Under the pieces are notes generated by a model. The model did not search any database. It had not been told where the DNA came from and worked only from the letters and a program-made list of their open reading frames with translations. From Myxococcota bacterium (GTDB lineage: Bacteria; Myxococcota_A; Polyangia; Nannocystales; Nannocystaceae): a DNA stretch of 64,000 nucleotides. Shown piece after piece: positions 19,644 to 29,000 of the stretch. The first letter of the stretch is position 1. Each line of letters starts with the position of its first letter. The stretch covers positions 128,001 to 192,000 of the forward strand of contig JBCCHT010000021.1 in assembly GCA_039028615.1 (NCBI GenBank), written 5' to 3'. A program made the translations under genes and the position numbers.

Positions 19644-21065
19644 ATGTCGCCGACCATCGCCCTGCTACTCGCTGCCCTCGCGGCGCCCCCTGCCTCGTCG
19701 GACGTCGAGGACCCGACGCCGGAGGCCCCGCGGGATCCGTGGCTGCAGCGCTGGCCCGCGGAGCGAAACATCGGCACGCTCGACGTCTTCGGTGGGCTCA
19801 TGGTGATGCGTCCGCAGCTCGAGCTGTTCGAGCCGGATCCCGCCGCCGTCGACCAGGGGTACGTGCCTCTACGTAGTGTGGCGCCCGAAATCGGTGCTCG
19901 CGTCGGCTTCTTCCCGGGACGGGTCGTGGGGCTGGAGCTGGAGGGGTCTTTGATGCCCACTCGCACGACGACCCGACGGTCCGCGCTGGTATGGGCAGTA
20001 CGGGGTAACGTGCTCTTGCAGCTGCCCACGTACTCCCTCACGCCCTTCGCCGTCGTCGGTCCGTCGCTGCTCGGGGTTGCATCGGGCGAAGGCGCGGTGG
20101 GGCACGACCAGGACTTCGGCGTGCATTTCGGCGTGGGGCTCAGGGCCCAGCTCAACCGCCACCTCGGACTGCGGCTCGACATTCGCGACACGCTCACCTC
20201 CCGGCGAGGCCTGGACGCTGGCTTCGCCCATACCCCCGAGGTCTTGCTGAGTGTGTCGGTCTCCCTGGGGCGCTCGCCCAGCCTGACCCCGCTGCCGACG
20301 TCCGGGCGCACGCGAGACGATGTCGATGGTGACGGCGTGCCGAACGAGGTCGATGCCTGCCCTTCGGTGGGCGGCTACGAGCAGTATCGTGGGTGCCTGG
20401 ACGACCCCCTCGGCGACCGTGACGGTGACGGCGTCGTCGATGCGGAGGACTTGTGTGTCGATACCCCGGGCGAACCAGACATCGGCTGTCCGTACATCCA
20501 CGAGGCCTATGACATGGACGGGGACGGCATCGACAACGAGTCCGATCGTTGTCCCTCGATCGCGGGGCTATCCCAGTACCAAGGCTGCCCGGATACCGAT
20601 GGCGACGGAATCCACGACCTCGACGACGAGTGCGCCGATCAGAGCGAGAACTACAACGGCTTCGCCGATGACGATGGCTGCCCCGACCAGCGACCGTTCG
20701 TTCTTCCGATCAAGCCGCTCTTCTTCGATGACGTCAGCTTCGAGCGAGGCCGACACCGCATCGGCGCCGAGTCGTACCCCGTGCTGGACGATGCCGTGGA
20801 GAAGCTCGAGTCGTTCACCGAGGTCCGGCTGGAGATCCGAGGACACACCGACTCTGCGGGGCGTGAGGAGGACAATCTGCGGATTAGCCTCGAGCGAGCA
20901 CAGGCGGTGAAGGACTACCTGGTCGAGCACGGCATCGAGCCCGAGCGGCTGGAGGTTCGCGGTGTCGGGTCGACTCAGCCGATCGCGAGAAACGACACCG
21001 ACAGAGGGCGTGCGGCCAATCGGCGGGTGGAGCTGAGGATCGTCTCGGCGTCGGATCGTCGGTGA
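19644..21065 (+). CDS. OmpA family outer-membrane protein with thrombospondin type-3 (Ca-binding) repeats
   Basis: Signal peptide, beta-barrel-like N-domain, DxDGDGV/I..D.C repeats, GHTDSAG...NLRISLERA...NRRVEL. Confidence 0.92.
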   Translation: MSPTIALLLAALAAPPASSDVEDPTPEAPRDPWLQRWPAERNIGTLDVFGGLMVMRPQLELFEPDPAAVDQGYVPLRSVAPEIGARVGFFPGRVVGLELEGSLMPTRTTTRRSALVWAVRGNVLLQLPTYSLTPFAVVGPSLLGVASGEGAVGHDQDFGVHFGVGLRAQLNRHLGLRLDIRDTLTSRRGLDAGFAHTPEVLLSVSVSLGRSPSLTPLPTSGRTRDDVDGDGVPNEVDACPSVGGYEQYRGCLDDPLGDRDGDGVVDAEDLCVDTPGEPDIGCPYIHEAYDMDGDGIDNESDRCPSIAGLSQYQGCPDTDGDGIHDLDDECADQSENYNGFADDDGCPDQRPFVLPIKPLFFDDVSFERGRHRIGAESYPVLDDAVEKLESFTEVRLEIRGHTDSAGREEDNLRISLERAQAVKDYLVEHGIEPERLEVRGVGSTQPIARNDTDRGRAANRRVELRIVSASDRR

Positions 21066-21586
21066 GGCGGGCACTGCCTGATCCTCAATCTATCGCATGA
21101 ACTCGGCACGAGCGTTCGTTGCAATTTGGGCCGCGGCGTCGAGCAACGGAGGGTGACGACGATGGCCCCTACACCTACGCCGTGACTCGGGGTTGGCATG
21201 AAGGCGCACCCCCGAGGCTCGCGGTGAAACGACCACTCGCCTCGAGGACGAACCGGATCACAGTTCTGCGTAGGACGTGCTGTTTCATGTCACGTTGAAA
21301 TCTACTCACATGCTCGTCGCTACATTCGCTCGCTTCCGATCGTACGAGTGGTCGTTGGATCGGTCTCGGGGCGTCGCGACGAACGTGAGACCGGCTCGGA
21401 ACACGGTGAGAGGACGCGGCTTCGAGCGAGGTGTCCCGATCGAGTTCTGGCGTTCGGCCGGGTGTTGCTTGGGCTATCATTGGGTGGCTTGGGTCGGAGC
21501 TTGGTAGCCGTCGTCGCGCGTGCGCGAGTCGGAGTCCGGCGGAGCATGGATGCTTGGTCGAAGTTCGAGGCAGGAGGCAAACAACG

Positions 21587-24500
21587 GTGAGATCGGAACA
21601 GACTCGACATGGATGTACCGTCGTCGCGGTGAGCGGCACGCATGGGGTGGCGCTCGCGATGGGGTGGCCGCAGGGACAGACGCAGGACCTGCTGGGGTTC
21701 GCAATCTCGCGTCGTGATGGCGGGGGGGAGCCGACTTGGTTACCGGTGGTCGTGCAGTTCGAGGGTCGGCCGATCGAGACGGGCAAGCTCTACCCGTCGA
21801 ACGAGTCGCCGATTCAGTCGATGGTGTGGAACGACTTCGGGGTCTCGGACGACAAGACCAGCCACGGCCTGCCCCCGGACACCGAATTCACCTATTCGGT
21901 CGCACCCGTGCGCGGGACCCCGGACCAGTTCCAGGTGTGCGAGGACCAAGCGGTCGCGGTCACCGTGCGCACCGAGCCCGAGTACGCCGAGAAGGGAGCC
22001 TCGGTGTTCTTCAACCGCGGGCTGTCCGATTCGCAGGAATACGAGCGCCTATTCGGCGAAGGCCACGTGCCCGATCCAAACAAGCCCGAGGACGCCGAAG
22101 CGATGGCCTGGCTCGCGCGGGGGCTGGATGTCGCCATCATCAAGTTCATCGAAGAGGCCATCGACGACGAGAGCCTGACCCTCGACGCGGCCGTGTATCA
22201 CCTGGACCATCAGGGGGTGATCGATGCGCTGGCCAAGCTCGGCAAGCGTTGTCGGGTGTCGATGGACTGGGGCAGCGAGGAGGAGCACGCCGATCCTCCC
22301 AATACGGGCCCCAACCAGCCGGCCTACGATCGGCTGACGAAGGCGGGGGTGACGGTGCATCAACGCCGGCACGTCGCCATCAGCCACAACAAGTACATGC
22401 TGCTCAAGGGAGCCGACGGCAAGGGCAAGGCGATCCTCACTGGTTCGACCAACTTTACCAACGGAGGCATCAGCACGCAGTCCAACCAGAGCGTGATCGT
22501 GCGCGACCCCGAGGTCGCGGCGGTGTACCTCGAGGACTTCGAGCGCGTGCTGCAGGACGACAACAAGGGGCTGCGCGAGTTCAACGCGCAAGGGGAGGTC
22601 ATCAGCGACTCTCTCGAGGTCTACTTTTCGCCGCACAGCGCCAGCGACACCCCCGATCTCGACCGCTTCAAGGCACTCGCTCGAGACGCCGAGTCGAGCA
22701 TGCTGTTTTTGACCTTCCGAATGACCTCGCACGAAGTGCTCTCGGAGATCTTCAGCCGCGGTGACTCGCAGGACGACGACCTGCTGGTCTTCGGCGTGGC
22801 CGACCGCGTCTATAAAGGCAACGACGGCAGCGGCGACCGCCTGATCTACGACGAGTCCCTGGCGGGCGACCCCCGCGTGGTCTCGGCCGCGGACCCTCTC
22901 GACGACCTCTCGGAGGAACCGGGCGAGGACGTCCTGTACGACGAGCTCAAGCGCGAGGGCTACGACCCGCTGGTCCATCACAAGATCCTGCTGGCGGACT
23001 GGGACAGCCCCGAGTGCACGGTGGTGACGGGCTCGGCGAACTACTCCAACAACTCCAGCAAGAACAACGACGAGAACTCGCTGGTGATCCGCGGAGACCA
23101 GCGGCTGGCACAGCAGTACTTCGTGGAGTTCGCTCGGCTCTATACCCACTGGCGTGGTCGCTGGCTGGAGGAGCGCAACTACAAGCACGAGCATCAGGCG
23201 CTGACGCTCGCCGCTGACTCGAGCTGGACGAAGACCTGGTACTCGGGCAGTCGCAACACCGAGCTGCTGAAGTTGGCGCTCGGGGCGGAGGCATTCGCGC
23301 GGACGATGGAGCCCACACCAGCGGAAAAGGTCGCGCGGGAGGCCGCTCGCAAGGCCGCGGCGCCTCGGATGGAGCACGTCATCGTGCTGATGCTCGAAAA
23401 CCGCTCCTTCGATCACATGATGGGCTTCCTGCCCGGGGTCGAGGGCGTGCTGGGCGACGACGGCAAGGTCGATCCGGCTCGCTACAACTACGCCGATCCG
23501 CTCGACTCGACCTCCGCCAAGTACACGGTGGGCCAGGCGGAGTACTTCGCGATCCCTGCCGACGATCACAAAGACGAATACGGCGGGCCCTCGCACTCCT
23601 ACCCGGCGGCGACCGAGCAGATCTTCGGCCAGAAGTATCAGCAGTCGTCTCCACCGGGGAGCGAGCCGGCGGTGAACAACGGCTTCATCAAGAGCTACAT
23701 CAAGGAGCTGAAGTTCTCGCAGAAGGTCGATGACCCCAAGGCGAAGCATGTCCGGGTGGCGATCGATGCGTTCTCGCCGACGCAGATGCCATCCATCAGC
23801 ACGCTGGCCGAGGAGTTCTGCGTGTGTGACCACTGGTACTCCGAGGTCCCCGGGCCCACGGAACCGAATCGGCTCTTCACCCATGCGGCGACCTCCGAGG
23901 GGCTGACCCACAACGTGTGGGACCACGCGATCCAGTCGCGGACCATCCAGGAGAACTTGGCCGCCAAGGGCCACTCCTGGCGGTTCTACTACCAAGATCT
24001 GAGCGACTCGAATCAGTTCCCTGCGCTCAAGCGGGAGGTGGACCAGGTCCGGCCGTTCGAGAAGCTCTACGAGGACCTCCGAAGTGGGGATCTGCCGGCG
24101 TACTCGTTTCTGTGCCCCCGGTACTCGGACACCGACACGGAGTTCGCCAACTCGCAGCACGCGCCCTACGACGTGCGCTACGGCGAGCACCTCATCGCGG
24201 ACGTGTACGAGGCGGTTCGCCGTAGCCCCAAGTGGAAGAACATCCTGCTCATCGTCACCTACGACGAGCACGGCGGGTTCTATGACCACGTCTACCCGCC
24301 GCGCGATGGCGTCCACAACCCGGATGGCCTGACTTCACCGACGGCCTACGATGCCGAGCTGAACAAGTCCAACCCCGACAAGTACGGCTACCTGATGGGG
24401 GACGACTACAAGTTCACCTTCCAGCGGCTGGGATGTCGGGTTCCCGCGGTGCTCATCTCACCGTGGATCGCCAAGGGCACGGTCGACTCCACTCGCTATC

Positions 24501-25042
24501 AGCACACCTCGATCGCGGCCACGCTCAAGGAGGTCTACGAGCTGCCCGAGTTCCTGACGCGACGGGATGCGCAGGCCAACACGTTCACATCCGTACTCGC
24601 TCGAGCGACGGAAGCCCGCGACGACGCGCCGCTCACCGTGCCGCGGCCGCCGTTGCCGGGGCAGGGGTCGAACGAGGCCGCGCCCGCTCCCGGGACGAAG
24701 CCGCTGGGGGTGCTGCAGCGAGGGGTCTACGCGACGCTGACTCACCTGGACGGTCACCCCGACTCCGGCAAGCCACCGCGCGTGCCCAAGACCCAGGCCG
24801 AGGCATCGGCGTACATCAAGGAGCGCTACGACGCCCACAACGCATTCCACCACGCGCTCGCGAAGAACGGCCGCTTCGAGGTCTACCAGGACAAGGCCGG
24901 GGAGCATCGGTGGCGCCTGCGGGACGGCGCCGGGCAGATCATCGCGAGCTCGGGCGAGGGCATGAAGACCAAGGCCGAGGTCGACGCCGAGATCGAGACC
25001 ATCCGCAACCTGGCGCCGTCGGCCGACCGCGCAGACGTTTGA
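21587..25042 (+). CDS. Phospholipase D (two HKD-type motifs) + phospholipase C/phosphoesterase + DUF1508 (YegP) fusion
   Basis: PLD: SHNKYMLLK..TGSTNFT and VHHKILLAD..TGSANYS. PLC: HVIVLMLENRSFDH, GPTEPNR, YDEHGGFYDHV. C-terminal DUF1508: FEVYQDKAGEHRWRLRD...SGEG. GGAGG RBS before GTG 21587. Confidence 0.88.
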   Translation: MRSEQTRHGCTVVAVSGTHGVALAMGWPQGQTQDLLGFAISRRDGGGEPTWLPVVVQFEGRPIETGKLYPSNESPIQSMVWNDFGVSDDKTSHGLPPDTEFTYSVAPVRGTPDQFQVCEDQAVAVTVRTEPEYAEKGASVFFNRGLSDSQEYERLFGEGHVPDPNKPEDAEAMAWLARGLDVAIIKFIEEAIDDESLTLDAAVYHLDHQGVIDALAKLGKRCRVSMDWGSEEEHADPPNTGPNQPAYDRLTKAGVTVHQRRHVAISHNKYMLLKGADGKGKAILTGSTNFTNGGISTQSNQSVIVRDPEVAAVYLEDFERVLQDDNKGLREFNAQGEVISDSLEVYFSPHSASDTPDLDRFKALARDAESSMLFLTFRMTSHEVLSEIFSRGDSQDDDLLVFGVADRVYKGNDGSGDRLIYDESLAGDPRVVSAADPLDDLSEEPGEDVLYDELKREGYDPLVHHKILLADWDSPECTVVTGSANYSNNSSKNNDENSLVIRGDQRLAQQYFVEFARLYTHWRGRWLEERNYKHEHQALTLAADSSWTKTWYSGSRNTELLKLALGAEAFARTMEPTPAEKVAREAARKAAAPRMEHVIVLMLENRSFDHMMGFLPGVEGVLGDDGKVDPARYNYADPLDSTSAKYTVGQAEYFAIPADDHKDEYGGPSHSYPAATEQIFGQKYQQSSPPGSEPAVNNGFIKSYIKELKFSQKVDDPKAKHVRVAIDAFSPTQMPSISTLAEEFCVCDHWYSEVPGPTEPNRLFTHAATSEGLTHNVWDHAIQSRTIQENLAAKGHSWRFYYQDLSDSNQFPALKREVDQVRPFEKLYEDLRSGDLPAYSFLCPRYSDTDTEFANSQHAPYDVRYGEHLIADVYEAVRRSPKWKNILLIVTYDEHGGFYDHVYPPRDGVHNPDGLTSPTAYDAELNKSNPDKYGYLMGDDYKFTFQRLGCRVPAVLISPWIAKGTVDSTRYQHTSIAATLKEVYELPEFLTRRDAQANTFTSVLARATEARDDAPLTVPRPPLPGQGSNEAAPAPGTKPLGVLQRGVYATLTHLDGHPDSGKPPRVPKTQAEASAYIKERYDAHNAFHHALAKNGRFEVYQDKAGEHRWRLRDGAGQIIASSGEGMKTKAEVDAEIETIRNLAPSADRADV

Positions 25043-25054
25043 GGAGCAGTTTTC

Positions 25055-28000
25055 ATGACCGATCAGAATCAACCTGTGACCTTCCTCGACGGCGGCGGGC
25101 TCGACATCTCGAGCCAACATGCCCAGGACCTGTCTGGAGAACGCGGCGAGCAGCGCTTGCTGGACCGCTATCGGCTGATGCAGCGCGGGCTGGTCTATCC
25201 CGCGCCCTACGCCCGTTTCGTGAGCTACTGGACGGCCGAGGGCAAGTCGATCACGCGCGCGGACATCACCGCCGTGATGAAGCAAGTGCGTGACGAAATC
25301 CACGAGCGCTTTGGCTCCACCAACACGTCGGCCATCGTCGGCGTGAATTTCGATCTGTACCGGCAGTGGTGCGAAGACGATGGCGGCAGCATCCCGGCCG
25401 GTATGAAGCTGGCGTTCCCGGAGGACGGCAGCGAGCGTTCTTCGGTGTTCGACCGCTCGCGCGGGGTCTTTCAGGACTCCGAGGCCAGCCTGTGGTTCCA
25501 CATCAAGTCGGACGAGCAGGCCAACCTCGAGGGGGTGAACGAGGTGGTGTCCAAGGCCCTCGGGGACTTGGTGGGGCGCAGCGTGTACCAGGACTGCAAC
25601 CAACGGCTGCGGCCGGGGAGCGGGGACGCGGGGCGGGTGCTCGGCAAGCGCTTCGCCGAGAACCTCAACAACCCCACCGACCCGGTGACCATCGCTCACC
25701 ACACGCTGGTGGGGCACGACGACATCGAGCACCTGGGGGCGTCCTACGCCCTCGCTCAGCGCTTCTATATCAACTGGGAGCGCATCCACCAGATGGCGGA
25801 GGAGCAGGTCGAGGACATCATCGGCCGCAACTCGAACGACGAATTCCTGCCGAACCGAGACACGCGGAGCCACATCAAGTCCGCTCGACAGCAGGACGCG
25901 CAGGGCAACACCACGTTCGTGATGCGGCTCGGGCTGCCGTTCGGAGCTTCGCCCTACGCTTCACGCCCCGACCTCGCGCTGGCCGGCAACAACCGCGGGG
26001 ACGAGGCGGGAATCTACTTCGCCGGGTTCGCCAAGCGAGTGGACGTGTTCGAGACGATCATGAGCGCACAGATCGGCGACACGCCCGGCTTCATGAACGA
26101 CCGGTTGTTCAACAACCTGCGCTCCGATCTGGGCGGGTTCTTCTACATCCCCAACCGTCGCGACCTGGGCCTCGTGCCCGAGCCGTGGGCGAAGGAGTCG
26201 GAGCGAGACTGGACGCGCTTCCCGGGCATCGACTGGTCGCGGCTGTCCCGTCACTTCACCGACAAGTCACCCAACGGGTGGATGTACTACAACCACAAGA
26301 ACTATCTGTACGAGATGGCCACGATGCCGACGGAGCGGCGGGCACAGCTGAACCCGCCCTCCACGCGCATCTTGACCTTGCTCATGGACATGTTCGCCCG
26401 CTGGCAGGACGCCTGGTACTTCGCCAAGGGCCAAGACGACATGGGGTCGCTATACGACCACATCGCCAGCGACCCCGACTTTGGCCCGGAGAAGGCCAAG
26501 GAGGTGCATGGGCTGTCCATCATGGAGCGCAAGGGCTGGGCCACGCGCATGCAGTGCCGGCTCTACGCGACGGATGCCTATGGCTATCGAGGGCGGCGGA
26601 AGGTCGATGGGGTCGATCGCCCGGGCGCCGATACCTACCGGATCCACCCCGAGGAGATCATCGTGGGGGCGCTGCCGGATCTGAGCCTGGGGCAGGGCCG
26701 CTACTGCATGAAGTACCTGCGCGAGGAGGAGCGTCAGCCGGCGTTCTTCCGCGGCCTGACCGAGGCCTCCGGCGTGGGCCACGTGCTGCCCGACCATCAG
26801 AAGCTGGTCGACCTCGGGCTCGGCAGGCTCTTGGCCGAGATCGACGCCAAGGCCGAGTCGGTGGCCGATGACGACAAGCCGTTCTACCGTGCGTGCCGTT
26901 TGTCGCTCGAGGGCGTGCAGGACCACCTCGAACGCTACGCCGCGCTCGCCGACTCGATGGCGGCCGCGTGTGCGCACGGGCAGGCGGCGGAGCGCAACAA
27001 CCTCGAGCAGATCGCGGCTCGCTGTCGGGCCCTACGCACCGACCAGCCATCGAGCATGGTCGAGGCGGCGCAGCTCATCTTCACCTATCACACGTGTCTG
27101 CACCTCAACGGTGAGCCGGTCTCGGTCGGGCGTCTCGACCAGTACCTCGGGCGCTTTCACGACGCGGACATCGAGGCGGGGCGCCTCACTCCCGAGGGCG
27201 CGCAGGAGATCATCGACGCGCTGTGGGTCAAGCTCTCGGAGAAGATCCTGCAGAACCGGATCTTCATTCATGACCACCAGCCCTACGGAAACCTGGCCAT
27301 GGGTGGCGGCTCGGGGCCGTACCCGCAGGGGGCGTCGCTCGGGCAGTGGATCATGCAGGTGACGGTCGGCGGCTGGGTTGCCGACGAGGAGAAGGTACCC
27401 ACGCCCGCGTACAACGAGGTCACCCGGCTGTGCATTCGCGCCTCGGGCCGCCTGCCGCTGACGGCCCCGTGTCTGTCGCTACGGGTCAATGCCCACACCC
27501 CCGCCGACCTGCTCGAGGAGGCCGCACGCGCGGTCCTCTCTGGTGGCGCGCACCCGATCCTGCTGCACGACGACAAGATCGCGGCCGGGCTCGCGCAGTC
27601 GGGCGACGGGATCGGCGAGGGCGACCCGAACAACCCGACCGCGTCTACCCCGGTCGCGGCCAAGGCCCAGGGGCGCTGGGACAGCCAGGTCAGCATCGCC
27701 AGCGCGCGTAACTTCGCCAGCGACGGCTGCTACGAGCCGCTGTTCACCGGGCAGACCTGGTTTGCGCTGGGGGGCTTTTCAACCCTCAACCCCCTGGAGT
27801 GCGCGCTCAACCAGGGCCGTTCCTACGCGTCCGCGGGGGAGACCTTCCTGCACGGGCAGAACCTCTCGTTCCATACCCCCCCGGCGGAGCAGATCGAGAG
27901 CTTCGAGCAGCTCCTGGAGCTTTACTTCACGCACTTCCGACTGCTGTGGGCCAAGACCTTCGACGGCCAGATATCCACCTTCGACGCTCTGGCCGATATC

Positions 28001-28996
28001 TGCCCGGCGCCGCTGCTGTCGGTGCTGACGGACGACTGCCTGGCGAAGGGACAGGACATCTACGGGGGAGGGGCACGCTACAACGTCTACGCGCCGTGCT
28101 GGATCGGGCTCAGCACCACCATCAACAGCCTGTGGAACATCAAGCGCATGGTGTTCGACGAGGACTCGATGGTCACTTCTCTGGCGGAGCTGCTCGAGTG
28201 CCTGATGTGCGACTGGGGCAACAAGATGGTCGAGCCCATGGTCAGCTCGTTGATCGGGCCCAACCGCATCGCGGCCAAGGCGGTTCGGTTCCAGCGCCTG
28301 CGGGAGATTGCCTTGTCTATGCCGCGCTACGGCGAGGGCAACCCCGAGGTGGACGAACTCGGTGATCGCATCGTGCACGAGGTCGCGAGGTTGACCGTCG
28401 ACGTGCTGCGGAACCCGGCCGAGTCCACGGCCAAGAAGATGCTGGACTTCGCCAACCGGCACGGCACGCCGGAGCAGCCCTTCGGAGGCTTCCAGATCCA
28501 CCCGGGCACGGGGACCTTCGAGAACTTCTCCGCGTTTGGTGTGGGCAGCGGGGCGTCGGCGGACGGACGGCGTCTCAACGCTCCCATCGCCAGCGACATG
28601 AGTGCGGCCCCGGCACGTTCCGATGCCCCGGCCGACCCCGCGTACGTGCCCTTCGATGCCGCTCTGGCCAGCAGCGAAGGCGATGGAGCCAGCGCGATGT
28701 GGGACGGAGCGCCCACCGACTTCAACATCGACGAGACCTTTCCCGTGCAGACCCTCGCCGACATGTTCGGTCAGTTCGCCCGCGGCAAGGGCAGCAACAT
28801 CCTGACGGTGACCGTCGCGTCGCGGGAGACCTTCACCGAGGCACCCAGCCACCCGGAGTCCTACGACCTACTCCGCGTCCGCATGGGAGGCTGGTCCGAG
28901 TACTTCACGTCGATGTTCCCCGTCAGTCAGGTCCAGCACCAGCGGCGGCCGGTCATGACTCCACCCCACGACGCCGCCGACACCAAGGAGGGATGA
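25055..28996 (+). CDS. DyP-type heme peroxidase fused to a glycyl-radical enzyme (PFL-like superfamily)
   Basis: N-terminal DyP motifs GKRFAENLNNP, SHIKS, MRLGLPFG, GIYFAGF. C-terminal GRE motifs GRLDQYL, QVTVGG, Cys loop GCYEP, ASADGR, Gly loop LRVRMGGWSEYF. Confidence 0.9.
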   Translation: MTDQNQPVTFLDGGGLDISSQHAQDLSGERGEQRLLDRYRLMQRGLVYPAPYARFVSYWTAEGKSITRADITAVMKQVRDEIHERFGSTNTSAIVGVNFDLYRQWCEDDGGSIPAGMKLAFPEDGSERSSVFDRSRGVFQDSEASLWFHIKSDEQANLEGVNEVVSKALGDLVGRSVYQDCNQRLRPGSGDAGRVLGKRFAENLNNPTDPVTIAHHTLVGHDDIEHLGASYALAQRFYINWERIHQMAEEQVEDIIGRNSNDEFLPNRDTRSHIKSARQQDAQGNTTFVMRLGLPFGASPYASRPDLALAGNNRGDEAGIYFAGFAKRVDVFETIMSAQIGDTPGFMNDRLFNNLRSDLGGFFYIPNRRDLGLVPEPWAKESERDWTRFPGIDWSRLSRHFTDKSPNGWMYYNHKNYLYEMATMPTERRAQLNPPSTRILTLLMDMFARWQDAWYFAKGQDDMGSLYDHIASDPDFGPEKAKEVHGLSIMERKGWATRMQCRLYATDAYGYRGRRKVDGVDRPGADTYRIHPEEIIVGALPDLSLGQGRYCMKYLREEERQPAFFRGLTEASGVGHVLPDHQKLVDLGLGRLLAEIDAKAESVADDDKPFYRACRLSLEGVQDHLERYAALADSMAAACAHGQAAERNNLEQIAARCRALRTDQPSSMVEAAQLIFTYHTCLHLNGEPVSVGRLDQYLGRFHDADIEAGRLTPEGAQEIIDALWVKLSEKILQNRIFIHDHQPYGNLAMGGGSGPYPQGASLGQWIMQVTVGGWVADEEKVPTPAYNEVTRLCIRASGRLPLTAPCLSLRVNAHTPADLLEEAARAVLSGGAHPILLHDDKIAAGLAQSGDGIGEGDPNNPTASTPVAAKAQGRWDSQVSIASARNFASDGCYEPLFTGQTWFALGGFSTLNPLECALNQGRSYASAGETFLHGQNLSFHTPPAEQIESFEQLLELYFTHFRLLWAKTFDGQISTFDALADICPAPLLSVLTDDCLAKGQDIYGGGARYNVYAPCWIGLSTTINSLWNIKRMVFDEDSMVTSLAELLECLMCDWGNKMVEPMVSSLIGPNRIAAKAVRFQRLREIALSMPRYGEGNPEVDELGDRIVHEVARLTVDVLRNPAESTAKKMLDFANRHGTPEQPFGGFQIHPGTGTFENFSAFGVGSGASADGRRLNAPIASDMSAAPARSDAPADPAYVPFDAALASSEGDGASAMWDGAPTDFNIDETFPVQTLADMFGQFARGKGSNILTVTVASRETFTEAPSHPESYDLLRVRMGGWSEYFTSMFPVSQVQHQRRPVMTPPHDAADTKEG

Positions 28997-29000
28997 GGCC

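Noticed and set aside
21104..21122. Sigma54-like promoter CGGCACG...TTGC upstream of the PLD operon
   Set aside because: GG-to-GC spacing does not match the -24/-12 requirement.
22049..24316. Long antisense ORFs (also 37892..40075, 45214..47145, 29367..30923, 726..2285, 13628..15019)
   Set aside because: Each lies opposite a gene with clear family motifs and reads as a reverse-frame artefact.
25055..28996. Ordinary pyruvate formate-lyase (pflB) or an encapsulin-cargo DyP
   Set aside because: It has a single Cys in GCYE rather than the PFL CC pair, and no activase or encapsulin shell gene is in the window.
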